Assembly: GCA_963808535.1 (NCBI GenBank) | Contig: CAWEGF010000015.1 | Coordinates: 22,526-86,525, forward strand | Direction of reading: 5' to 3' | From: an uncultured Verrucomicrobiae bacterium | Lineage (GTDB): Bacteria; Verrucomicrobiota; Verrucomicrobiia; Chthoniobacterales; JAFAMB01 | Length of the DNA: 64,000 nt | In this document: piece after piece, positions 51,819 to 61,911 of the stretch | Numbering within the stretch: the first letter of the stretch is position 1 | How the letters are laid out: each line of letters starts with the position of its first letter | Translations under genes and position numbers: made by a program | The notes under the pieces: generated by a model | Told to the model about the DNA's origin: nothing | Databases searched by the model: none | What the model saw: only the letters and a program-made list of their open reading frames with translations

Positions 51819-53204
51819 TCAATGCCCGCCCGAAGTCGAAACTCCGTGCAGTCCCTCGGAGCCGCTCAGTCTCGGCCACATATAGGCATAAACAGCAATG
51901 AAGGCAAAACAGAGCATCGGGACGATAAATCCACGAGAAAGATCGTACAGGTCGGCAATCTCTCCCATCACCTTCGGCAGAATCGCTCCACCCATGATGG
52001 CCATGACCAGAAAAGAGGAAGCTTTTTTCGCTCGCTGCCCGAGACCGAAAATGCCCAGGGCAAAGATGGTCGGAAACATGATGGACATAAAAAAATAAGT
52101 CAGCAAGACACAAGCCCCTGACAACCAGCCCAATTTGCAGAAGATCAGCAGGCAGAGCACCGTGTTGATGGCGCCGTAGAGCCCGAGAAGTTTGTGAGCA
52201 GCGAATTTGCGCAGGAGAGCGGTGCCAATGAACCGCCCTCCCAAGAAAAGAAGCAACCCTACGGATACCAGATTGGAAGCTCCCTTGTTACTGAAAGCCA
52301 CCGCACCAGTGGTCCGAATTTCGGTCAAGCTGTTCAGCCAATGCTTCAGGAAATCCGGGCTGTTCTGCACGGCGGCATCCAGGCTGGAAGGAATTTCGGG
52401 AACCTGAGAGGTCACGTAATTGATAAAAAAGCTAAAAATACCGGCCTGCGCGGCCACGTATAAAAATTGAGCAATCACGGCCATGACAAAGTGCGGGTGT
52501 GACCAAATGGAATGAGATACTCCCGGGGTTGAATCATCCATGTGAAAATCATCCTTCGCTTTGATGTCGGGAACATTGGCAAAATAAAAGATAACGGCCA
52601 GGATGATGACGACGACCGCCACCGCCGCATACGGAATCCAGAGATTCTCGCTGCCCGTACTGGCTCCTGAGGCATCCTTGGAATAGAAAAACAGGCCGCC
52701 GGCAATTGGACCAAAGATCAAGCCGATCCCATTACAAGACTGCGCCAGATTGATGCGGGTGGCGCCATATTCTTCCGGCCCTAAAACGGTGGTGTAGGGA
52801 TTGGCGATCGTTTCCAGGAAGGTCAACCCTGCCGCGATCACGCACACGCCGAGCAGGAAGGCCCAAAAAGATCCAATGTGGGTCGCCGGGATAAACCAGA
52901 ATCCGCCCACCGCGACTAACAACAGACCCGCAATTATACCGCCTTTGTAACCCAATTTGGTGGCTAGCCACCCGGCCGGGAGGGCCATCAGAAAATATCC
53001 TAAGTAGTGCGCAAACTGCACCCAGGCAGATTGTGAAAGACTCAGATGCAAGACTTCCTGAAAATGCTTATCCATCACGTCGATCATCCCGTTACAAAAT
53101 CCCCACAAGGCAAACAGCAAAATGAGGAGGAGAAAGGTGAAGAGAACGTTTTGGCCGTCGTCGGTGACAAACATGCCTTTTTTGGAAGTTTTGGAGGTGT
53201 TCAT
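51819..53204 (-). CDS. FucP/GluP-family MFS sugar:H+ symporter
   Basis: LFALWGF, FLETIANPY, RINLAQSCNG, SIMFPTIF, MAIMGGA. Confidence 0.92.
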   Translation of the reverse strand: MNTSKTSKKGMFVTDDGQNVLFTFLLLILLFALWGFCNGMIDVMDKHFQEVLHLSLSQSAWVQFAHYLGYFLMALPAGWLATKLGYKGGIIAGLLLVAVGGFWFIPATHIGSFWAFLLGVCVIAAGLTFLETIANPYTTVLGPEEYGATRINLAQSCNGIGLIFGPIAGGLFFYSKDASGASTGSENLWIPYAAVAVVVIILAVIFYFANVPDIKAKDDFHMDDSTPGVSHSIWSHPHFVMAVIAQFLYVAAQAGIFSFFINYVTSQVPEIPSSLDAAVQNSPDFLKHWLNSLTEIRTTGAVAFSNKGASNLVSVGLLLFLGGRFIGTALLRKFAAHKLLGLYGAINTVLCLLIFCKLGWLSGACVLLTYFFMSIMFPTIFALGIFGLGQRAKKASSFLVMAIMGGAILPKVMGEIADLYDLSRGFIVPMLCFAFIAVYAYMWPRLSGSEGLHGVSTSGGH

Positions 53205-53531
53205 TTTTGGAGGAACCTTCGATGATTAAGAGCCGATTGTTAACCTGCCCTCGGCGGCGGATCGGCAAGAGCAAACCCGCCTCTACGAGTCCATCTGATA
53301 CCCGATTGGATCAGGACTTGGGTCATGATTCTAGTTAAAACTGACTAATCTCGGTCACCCCGGGGATATTCTTTGAGTTGTCCTGGCGGACCGCTTGCTT
53401 GGTTGTTCAGCAATTCAAGCTCCACGCCTTCGCCAAACAAAACTAAGGAGGCTTTCTCCCTTGCCGACGCTTGACGTTAGTCATCTCGAACTTAAGGTTC
53501 TCGATCGTCTTTCGATCCCCGCTTTTTTCCT

Positions 53532-54177
53532 ATGCAACTAACCTATTTTTTTGACGTCTGTTCGATGTGGTGCGCTCTGGGCGACGAGGTCGTCGCAGAA
53601 TTATCCCAACGTTTTGGCGACCGCATTCAAGTCACCTGGAAAATCGCCTTGATCAACGGGGGTCAGCCAATGGATGCCGGTCCGGAACAAGAACTCTGGT
53701 ATTACGATCGCTGCGAGTTCGTCACGGGACGCCGGTTCAATCACCGATGGTTGGAAAAGAGAAATCTCTCCACCTGGATTCCCAACAGTGTGATTGCCGC
53801 TGCCTGGAGATTCGGTAAAGGCCGGCAAGTCCATCAAGCCTTGAAAACTGCCGCGCCTGGAACACGGCCTCCCGATCCTCCAACGCCCGGTCGCTTTGCA
53901 ACTCGCCAGCGAAGCTAGCGGCATCGCCAGCGAAGTATTAGCGGATACCATAGACGATCCGGCCCTCGCTGCCGATCTGCGAACCTCTTATGCAGAATTC
54001 GCGTCGTATCGGATTGATCAACGTCCCACCTTCGTCTTCCGCAGCGCGATTGGCGACCTCGCCGTTCTTTCTGGCCTTTATCGCCGGGATCCAGTATTCG
54101 CGACCGTCGAAGCGATGCTATACGACGAGGAAAAGTATACCGAACACGCTTCCAGTCATCCTCCGATTCCGATTTAG
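53532..54177 (+). CDS. DsbA/FrnE-like thioredoxin-fold protein; frameshifted at ~53.86-53.89 kb
   Basis: YFFDVCSMWC CxxxC-type N-terminal motif; C-part IDQRPTFVF. Confidence 0.75.
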
Positions 54178-54478
54178 GAAGGGGTAGTTAGATGTTCGTG
54201 ATATAAAATTTTTGCAACTGTTGCATTAGCTACCAACGCGCCAGTTCTTAGCCCGGGATTTAGCGTGCTCTATAACCAACAACATAGGACATGGTGATAG
54301 CCGCGTTTAGTTCGTTGAAGAGATCGATGCCTCCGGGTTTCGTTCTTCGCGCCGGCGGAGTCAAAGTTTAACCTACCTCAGTCCGCCGTAAGCTAGATAT
54401 ATCAGCCGCAGAATTGATCTGCCCGGTGCACCTCTGCGGCCTGAAGGGCCATGAAATCAATAGCCCAGGCTTTTAGCT

Positions 54479-54840
54479 CATAAGCGCTAACTTAATGCGA
54501 GGCGGCCCTTCGATGGGCGAATGGCTTTGTCCCGTGAGGGACGAGCTGATCGTAGCCAGGCACGAAGTGCCTCGGGAAAGCATCCCTCGAAAGAACCGTC
54601 CCGTAGGGTACGGTATGATCGGGCGCCCAGCTCGATCCCACAGGTACTTCTCGTCGAAATGTGCGCCGTGTTTCTTTAGGAAGGCTAAATACTCTATCTT
54701 GAAAGGTTTGTACCGACGCTGAATACGCCATCGCCCGTTGCCAATTTATTCTGCTTAGCAATATCCGCATTCGAGTTCCTTCCTCCAATCTTCGAATCGG
54801 TGCAGCACACCTGTCCGAATCATACCGTACCCTACAAGCG
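54479..54840 (-). mobile_element. Family-B element with two IS200-like TnpA relic segments; right arm degenerate
   Basis: Minus strand 54743-54635 reads WQ..DGVFSVG then TFQD/EYLAFLKKHGAHFDEKYLWD if small indels are allowed. Confidence 0.8.
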
Positions 54841-54914
54841 ACGCTGCTCTGAAGGGCGCTGTCCCAGATTCGAACGTCCTAACAAACCGGCCTAAACCAT
54901 CGCCCCCCTCCCAC

Positions 54915-56217
54915 CTACTTCAATGGCGCATCCTTGCTCCCCTTGAGCGCCGCTGGGAGAAAGGGGACTAGCAATAACACGATCGCCGTCGTCCCGGCGT
55001 TCAGCAAAACAAGATTGCTGAATGCCCATTTGTGATCTACCAAGTAGGAACCCACCACATCAGCACCAAAAAGGGCCACGTTCCGGAAGGCGAGGATCAG
55101 GGAATACCCGAGGCCTTCACAACCTTTAGGAGTCGCCCGAGCCGCCAGATCGACCAAAGCGACTTCCGCCAGCCCACCGAAGAGCCCAGTTTGGGATTCG
55201 ATGAACATCGCGCGGTTCCAACTGGAATAGAAAAGATAAAAGAGGGTTCCGCTCGCCGACAATGTTATAGCGATCACCAACAGGGTGCGGATCGAGAAGC
55301 GTTTAATTAATTGGCTGTAGATAATCGCCGCCAGGATGGCAAATCCGCCGTTGAAAACACCGAGATTTCCTATCGCCTGGCTTAGAGAAATGTAGTTCGT
55401 CAGTCTGCTTGTAAAAGAGTGGGGTCACCAATCCGGGTGAGAAATGATACAGGGCGATAAACAGCAGCACCGTCCAAAGCGCTTTAGACCGCAGAATAGT
55501 TTTGATCTGCAAACCCGCGTTTCGGAAAACCGTGGCGCTTTGCTGTGGAGCGACTCGCTGCTCTTTCAGGTAGATGAAGGCGATCGGGAAGATCGCCAGC
55601 GCCAAAACGGCGTTCACGCCAGTCGCCCACATGAATCCGGCGGTTGACAGCAATCCCCCGAGAGGTCCTCGAATCAAGGCGCAAAAATTGAAGACCAACA
55701 TTCGCAAAGCGCTCAAGCGACCAGTGGCGGCCATGCGCTGCCCGGCCTCGACGAGAAAAGCGCCGATCACTGTCGAGCCCATGACCATGAAAAGTTCCAC
55801 CATCATCACCCCGCAAAGTAACGGTCCGTACTGGTGCGGAAGGAAATTCATGCCGAGCCAACTCAAAGCCGTCAGCACCGAACTGCAGAGGAGATAATGT
55901 CGCCGCCGCGTCCCAAACAGTGGAAAGGCGTCCGTGAGAATACCGGCCAAAGGCTTCAAGTACCAAGCCATGCCGGCCCAAAAAAAGAACGCCGCCATCT
56001 GCTCACGAGTGACGTGCACATCGTTCTTCAGCAGGAACTGCAAAGGCAATCTGCCCAGAGCTGACGTCTGGGGCATGGTCGTCGCAAAAATGCCGACAAT
56101 GATGATCAGCGCCAACGGAAGGAGACCTCTATTCCCGACCTCTATGCGACTGCCCGTCGAGATCTCAGTTTCTGCCCATAAGGGCTTACCTGTATCTGGA
56201 GAACCAACAGAATCCAA
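54915..56217 (-). CDS. BT1 (folate/biopterin)-like MFS transporter; frameshift near 55380
   Basis: WYLKPLAGILTDAFPLFGTRRRHYL; LAARATPKGCEG in the C-part. Confidence 0.8.
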
Positions 56218-56229
56218 GAAATGGATTGT

Positions 56230-57648
56230 TCAAGGAAACCGGAGTTGACCCTGATCGGCTGTCGAATGCACTTCGCCGGACCCGGGAGGCGGAAACCCTT
56301 GCGCCGCGTCGTCGATCACCAGGATCCAGTCAAGGTCCTCTCCCTTGAAGGGTGGAGTGACCTCGATCAAGCTGGAGCGCGGGAAAAGTCCCAGATTAAC
56401 GTGACCTCCATCGCGCGGGTTGAACCACCAAAATTGGAACGATTTCCCGGAGAGCGACTGCGGGTTCAGCACGTAAGATCTCGAAGTCGCGCTGTAGATC
56501 ATCCCGTAAGCACCATCCATGCTTCTGGTGGCGTTCATGAATTTGGTTCCTGCGCCCGGAATCCCATTCGGAACGTTCGCAGGAACAATTAGTGAATCGT
56601 CGGGCATCCGAGTCAAGAAGGGGCGACTCTCCAGCAGAGCCCGGGCGTGCCGGATTTGCCAGGCCCCTGGGCTATCGATCGCTTCACGCCAATAGTTGAG
56701 CGGCTTGTTAACTCCCTCGCCGCGGGATGGGGAATGCATCTGCCAAACGCTATGATGCCCGTAGGTGTGACCAAACGCGCCGCTGAAAAGATCCCAGTAC
56801 AAAAACCGACGACAATCGATCGCGCTCGAATACCCGTATTTTGCGGCCTCAAATCCGATCGGATGGTCTTCGTAGATGGGTTCACCATCAATGACCGGTT
56901 TTACTGGAACCCGTGCGTAATCGCTGGCGATCCTCGCCCAGGTCGGTGTCCCATTGAAATGGCCGTCCTGTCGCATATTGAAGTCCAATAGCGGATCGTC
57001 ATTCGGGAAGACGGTGGCTGAAGTCGATATATGCTCGTCGCCACCGCGCGGGTGAAAGGTCATCAGGTGCCGGCCTTGGTCCCCAGCCCGCAAGCCTTCA
57101 CCCAGAGACCGCCAAATCTCGAGTTTTTCCACGTCGTCCACAACCCGATCCCCTCCGAGTATCCAAATGACGTCGGCGTCCCGATACCGCTCGCCCAAAT
57201 ATTCTCCGTAAATTCGAGCGTTCCGGCGATCGAAGATTGATGGGCCGTCGCCGTTGGTCTGCCCGACTTTATCACCCCAGGTTGGTAACATGCCGACGCG
57301 TCAATCCGAGCCGATTGGCCAGGCGGACGATCCAATCCACATGGCGAAAATAAGCCTCGTTCGGAGTTGCCGGATCTTCGTTTACCAGTGGCAAATCACC
57401 GTAAGCATTCGGTTCCCGAATCCCCTGAAATTCAGCCAACACCACGGCCTGAATGACGGTAAACCCTGCTCGACCCGTTTTTGTAAATAGTGCTCTGCCT
57501 CTTCCCGACTTGCCCGGTGGAAGATTTCCCAAGCCGTATCGCCGAACCAATAAAAAGGGGCACCGTTCGATCTGACCAGAAAGCGTCGATTTTCGCTAAC
57601 TCGGAGTTGATCCTGATTTTGAGAGAGGGGCGTTGATGATGAGTTCAC
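56230..57648 (-). CDS. DUF4038 / GH140 (apiosidase-like) glycoside hydrolase; two frameshifts near the 5' end
   Basis: [64 protein letters not shown]. Confidence 0.85.
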
Positions 57649-57654
57649 TGCGGT

Positions 57655-58071
57655 TCAGCAATCCTGCCACGTCCCGGTGCTTCCAGAAACAGCTTCGCGC
57701 AAAAACTGCGAAAAAAGGTTCCCGTCCATCTTGCCTTCGGCGAGATAGAACATGGCTTGCAACAACATTGCCTCATCGAAATCATGATCCACCACGCCGT
57801 TGATCTCCAAAAAGACGAGCGCCGTCACTAGCGCGGTCCGGCAATTTCCATCCTTGAAAGGACTCTTTTCTAAAATCGAACAGGCGTAGGCAGAAGCTTG
57901 CTGGAAAACATCCCCCTCTTGCAAATACGCCACCGTTTGCGGAGCCGTCACGCACGAATCAAGGCTTCCACCCATCCGCGATCCCCGGGTGCCTCCATGT
58001 TCTTCCAAGACGGCGTCATGTAATTCCCGAATCTGCTCCACTGAAAGATAAAGAAAGGGAGACTCGCTCAT
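57655..58071 (-). CDS. Doc/Fic-family toxin homologue with non-canonical motif
   Basis: LSVEQIRELHD..HGG; SPFKDGNCRTA vs canonical HPFxDGNKRTA; FLEING. Confidence 0.8.
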   Translation of the reverse strand: MSESPFLYLSVEQIRELHDAVLEEHGGTRGSRMGGSLDSCVTAPQTVAYLQEGDVFQQASAYACSILEKSPFKDGNCRTALVTALVFLEINGVVDHDFDEAMLLQAMFYLAEGKMDGNLFSQFLREAVSGSTGTWQDC

Positions 58072-58256
58072 TTTTCGAGCTTTCGGATGGTTTCCTTGTA
58101 CTTGGCTAAAATCCGTTTCGCCGATCGCCGGAAAAGCTTTTCGGATGCGAAGCCTGGCGAGGCCTTGATTTCCACCGGCCCGTCTTTCGAACGTCCAAAG
58201 AGTTTTCCAATCAGTGCCACCAATTCCAGAATTCTCTTAGAATCGTGATCTTTCAA
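58068..58256 (-). CDS. Putative cognate antitoxin (62 aa)
   Basis: 4-bp overlap with the doc-like gene; C-terminal ILAKYKETIRKLEK resembles the end of Doc-partner antitoxins. Confidence 0.55.
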   Translation of the reverse strand: MKDHDSKRILELVALIGKLFGRSKDGPVEIKASPGFASEKLFRRSAKRILAKYKETIRKLEK

Positions 58257-58512
58257 TCCTAAAAAGAAGTGATGGTGAGGGTGGCAGTGAGCAATCGTTC
58301 TCGTCCTTCGTCGTCGTCCTTCGTTCTCGTTTGTCCGGTTCCCACGCTGGGCGCCTCACGAAAGTCATGGAAGCCTGGAAAAGAAGTAAGGCGGGACGCC
58401 TTACCTACTAGCCGGATCGGTGGACCAGCGAGCTAACGCGTTTTCTGGGCATCGAGGACGACGACGACTTGCGACTTCCACTACCACTACCACTACCACT
58501 TCCACTTCCCCC

Positions 58513-58971
58513 TCAGGCGTCACGCCACTGCCGGTAGACGGCTGCTTGACCGTGCAGAGTGCCGGCGCGATCGAGAAGTTGCCACACCGTTACGTTCTCG
58601 ATCCAGAAACGTCTCCCGGATTTAGCGATCCGCAGTCCGCGGTACCCAGTGGCGAAACCTTGGCGCTGCACCAGTTCCAAGAGCCGCTGCCGTTCTTCGC
58701 GATTGGGCTCTTCGGCCGATAGCCGGGAGCGGAGAGAGGTCAGTTCCTCCCAAGTAAATTCAAAGCATTTCTGGGCCGCTCTATTGCCATAGATGAAGAT
58801 TGGATCAGGGTCGGTGTTATGTGCCAACACACAGAACGGCGCCTGTTCGTACAGCCAAAGCATCGGATTCCCTTCATCGTATTCGAGTGGAACCAGGGGT
58901 GCTCCGAGAAGTCGGGCATAGCTACCTGTCAGCAGCTCAAAAAAGTCAGGATCAGTCGACAAATTCATCAA
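58513..58971 (-). CDS. MEKHLA domain protein
   Basis: APFCVLAH..DPIFIYGNRAA..PNREER..YRGLRIAKSGRRFWI. Confidence 0.9.
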   Translation of the reverse strand: MMNLSTDPDFFELLTGSYARLLGAPLVPLEYDEGNPMLWLYEQAPFCVLAHNTDPDPIFIYGNRAAQKCFEFTWEELTSLRSRLSAEEPNREERQRLLELVQRQGFATGYRGLRIAKSGRRFWIENVTVWQLLDRAGTLHGQAAVYRQWRDA

Positions 58972-59159
58972 GCTTCAGGAAACCTTTTCCGTCCCCTCCA
59001 AATTGAAGCGAAGTCGCGAAGACGTCTAGTCTTCACCCAACTCCATCAAGCGCTTTTGGCCCACCTCCCGCAACTCCTGCAACTCCTGACTCCTGCTCTC
59101 CTGATTTTCCCCTTGTCACCTTCCCCCCCTCGAGCCGACTTTGATAAAAGCGACACGAC

Positions 59160-59606
59160 ATGACCAATCAAACCCTCTGTAGCGACTACGTGGAGACATC
59201 CGGGATCAACTTTTTCGCCCGCATGTTGGACAAAATCCGCCTGAACGCCCAAGGCCTCTTGCCGGATGGTTATCATTTGGGATTTTCGGATCCCACGAGT
59301 TTCGATGCCCGCTTTTGCCGGTTCTGGGAAGTGGACTACGATCAACTGGCCGCCAGGACGCTCGAGGGAGGCTCGAACGAGGAACTGCTGGCATGGTGCT
59401 TCCAGGGCAGAAAGCGTCCGAACGAGGATCAAATCCTGGTTTGGAATTCGTTCATTATTAAGCGGGGTTGGCGGGATAGCGGCGCTCCCGGCTTGGTGGT
59501 CGAAAAGAAGCTCAGCGGATTTGCCGACCGCGACGACATTCAGACTTATGTCGACTTGCATGACGCCGACGAAGGTCGAACCCCTAAATATACCTCCGGG
59601 CTCTAA
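59160..59606 (+). CDS. DUF5069-like protein
   Basis: FARMLDKIRL..GLLP..Y, EELLAW, DADEGR. Confidence 0.75.
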   Translation: MTNQTLCSDYVETSGINFFARMLDKIRLNAQGLLPDGYHLGFSDPTSFDARFCRFWEVDYDQLAARTLEGGSNEELLAWCFQGRKRPNEDQILVWNSFIIKRGWRDSGAPGLVVEKKLSGFADRDDIQTYVDLHDADEGRTPKYTSGL

Positions 59607-59624
59607 GGCAACGATTCGAGTAAG

Positions 59625-60092
59625 CTAAGCCGGCTTCGGCATTTCAAAAGCGGGCAACGGCTCCCCGGTCTCGAGCAAAGTCTTAAGACCGCTCAGGATC
59701 AAGGGCCAACCTTGCCGCCCTCCTTCGAGATATTTTGGATCGAGCGATTCATCATGATATTCGCTCACCGTGAGCCGAACAATATCGCCTAACGGTTCAA
59801 TCCGAAAGGTCACCACCGCCTCGGGCAATCGACGAAACTCCTCCATCCACTCGACATGCCAGGTCACGGAAAGAAATCGCGGCGGATCGCAGGCCAGCAC
59901 CTTTCCCTGGGTGTCGATTCGCCCATCTTCCATCACCAGCCGGAATAGACCTCCCACCCTCTGTTCCAGCTCCACCGCCCGGCCAAAAAAATATTGGCGG
60001 GTAAACGTCGAGGCAGTCAGCCCTTCCCAAACGCGCTCGCCGCTGGCGACAATGTAGGTGACCAGAACGGTGCTTGGCTCGGCTCGAATCAT
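59625..60092 (-). CDS. SRPBCC/AHSA1-like domain protein
   Basis: ERVWEGLT..FTRQYFFG, DPPRFLSVTW, GWPLILSGLKTLLETG. Confidence 0.88.
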   Translation of the reverse strand: MIRAEPSTVLVTYIVASGERVWEGLTASTFTRQYFFGRAVELEQRVGGLFRLVMEDGRIDTQGKVLACDPPRFLSVTWHVEWMEEFRRLPEAVVTFRIEPLGDIVRLTVSEYHDESLDPKYLEGGRQGWPLILSGLKTLLETGEPLPAFEMPKPA

Positions 60093-60183
60093 AGATCGTT
60101 ACTTTCCGACCCGGAAATGGTCGACGGAATTGGATGTTTAGAACGCTGATCTCTCTGTCTCGGTTTCTCCCGAGTTAGGTTGA

Positions 60184-61369
60184 TTATCTCCCCATGGCCT
60201 GCGCCTCAACTCCATGCCCGCTCAGGCTCGCCTCAAGATCGTTTAGGACGATATCCAAAGGTAGTTTGACGCTGTACCGGCAAAACATTGTTTCGGCTGT
60301 CGCCAGGCTCCCATTCTCATAATACTTATTCGCTGGAGCTCCGCCCCCGCAATACCCGTAGTATGCGCAAGAGTCTTGGCAGAGTTTTATTCCGGTCTGC
60401 AAATCCGCAAAAACTGAGCGAAATTTCGGGCTCTCTACCGCATCCACAAAGTCGTCGGTAAGAATATTGCCGAAACTGAAAGTTCCATAAGGAGACAAGT
60501 TCATCCCCAGGAGTTCAGGAGAATAGGTAGAATAGTTTCCGTCGCAGTCAACGTTCAGAATGCCAAAAGGACGCACCTGTTCGTTGAAGTGCGGAAAGTC
60601 AAAGTGGCGCAAAGATTTCCGGCTCTGAATTTTTCCCAGAGCCGCGTCGAATTCTCGAATCCTCATCCGGCCTCCATCGGATTTTTGCAGTCGAAAAATC
60701 GTCATCATAAAGGCTTCGACGCTTTCGGCCATTTGGCTGGAGGAGGTCAGCGACGACTTTGCGTTTTCGCCTTCAATCTCCTCGATGTTAAAACCGAGCT
60801 GAGAAACTTCGAGGTCGTAGAAGAAGTGATAAATATCCTCCGCGCGCCCGAGGGCCTGCTGGGTGATCACGCTAATCACGTGGAACGGGATATCATGAGT
60901 CTTCAACAGGCGGAGTCCCTCCATCGCCGCCTGGTGCGAACCGCGGCCCGATCGGGTTTTTCGGTGTGCGTCGTGAATATCGGCCGGGCCGTCGATGCTC
61001 AATCCGATCGACACCTCTTGATCTCGAAGAAACTTGCACCATCGCTCATTTATCAAGGTCCCGTTGGACTGCATACAATGGCGAACGACCGCTCCGGCGG
61101 GCGCTTTCCGCCGGATCTCGGTCAAACGCCATCTCGTAATAAGAGATCGGCACCGCCAATGGCTCTCCGGCATGCCAGATCACCGTTAGCGGACCCGGAA
61201 TCAACTCGGCCGCGAAGATTTTCTCAATCGTCGCGCCTACTATCTCTAAAGGCATCCGTTTCTTGGAAGCGCGATTCGGGAGATAGCAATAGTCACAGTT
61301 AATGTTACAAAACGGTGATGGCTGAAGAACCAGCAAGCTGATCCACGGACGGCGCGGATCATCATCCAT
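60184..61369 (-). CDS. grrM: Cyclophane-forming radical SAM/SPASM peptide maturase (GrrM/OscB type); single extra base at 61120-61121
   Basis: LQPSPFCNINCDYCYLP, WHAGEPL, QSNGTL, SIDGP, STYSPELLG, C..SCAYYGYCGGGAPANKYYENG..ETMFC; deleting one G restores a 394-aa ORF (..EMAFDEIRR..). Confidence 0.9.
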
Positions 61370-61474
61370 TATCCAACGGTCGATCCAAAAGAGGATCAGT
61401 CTGGTTCATCCAGGATTATCTGTGGCGTTAAATTGGTCCGGAGACTAGCACCGCCTAGCCAAAGAGGAAGGAGG

Positions 61475-61879
61475 CTAGAAGTTGCCCCAGTTGTGCCAAT
61501 TATGCCAGTTGTGCCAATTGTGCCAGCCACCGTTACCCCAACCACCGTTGCCCCAGCCGGGATGCCAGTTGTGCCAACCATACCCGGGATGCCAATTGTG
61601 CCAATTTCCCCACCACATTGGCTGGACGCTATCCGGCGCAGTGTTGCCTGGGCTGACTTCTGTTCCTGGACCTTGACCGAGTTGCTCCTGAATCTTTTGA
61701 ACTCGAATCTCCAGTTGTTCGGCTCCTTCCGCTTTGGCAGAAGCTGAATTGGTCGCGGCAGCATCCCCGACGGCCGCCGAGCCAAGCATCAGCCCGCTCG
61801 TCAGTGCAAAGAGAGCACCAAGCGATTTGGCGAGCGAGCGTTCATTGGGTCGCTTTGAGTTATCTGATCCTGAGGTCAT
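61475..61879 (-). CDS. grrA: GrrA/OscA-type Trp/Gly/Asn-rich RiPP precursor
   Basis: Hydrophobic N-region, LEIRVQKIQEQL leader helix, core WWGNWHN..WGNGGWGNGG(WHN)4WGNF; directly upstream of the rSAM gene. Confidence 0.88.
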   Translation of the reverse strand: MTSGSDNSKRPNERSLAKSLGALFALTSGLMLGSAAVGDAAATNSASAKAEGAEQLEIRVQKIQEQLGQGPGTEVSPGNTAPDSVQPMWWGNWHNWHPGYGWHNWHPGWGNGGWGNGGWHNWHNWHNWHNWGNF

Positions 61880-61911
61880 AAGAACACTTTCTTTTTTGGG
61901 ATGAGGTAAAA

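Noticed and set aside
54290-54440. Possible structured ncRNA or riboswitch (ggcgga..tccgcc and gccgcaga..tctgcggc hairpins)
   Set aside because: No recognisable riboswitch consensus; it lies between convergent genes and abuts repeat elements. An Rfam search would be needed.
58420-58722. Thr-rich ORF
   Set aside because: It arises from an accact microsatellite and overlaps the MEKHLA gene on the opposite strand.
61482-61676. Cys-rich ORF (CQLCQLCQ) resembling a metallothionein or thiopeptide precursor
   Set aside because: It is the antisense shadow of the WHN repeats; the minus-strand precursor has a leader and is co-oriented with the rSAM gene.
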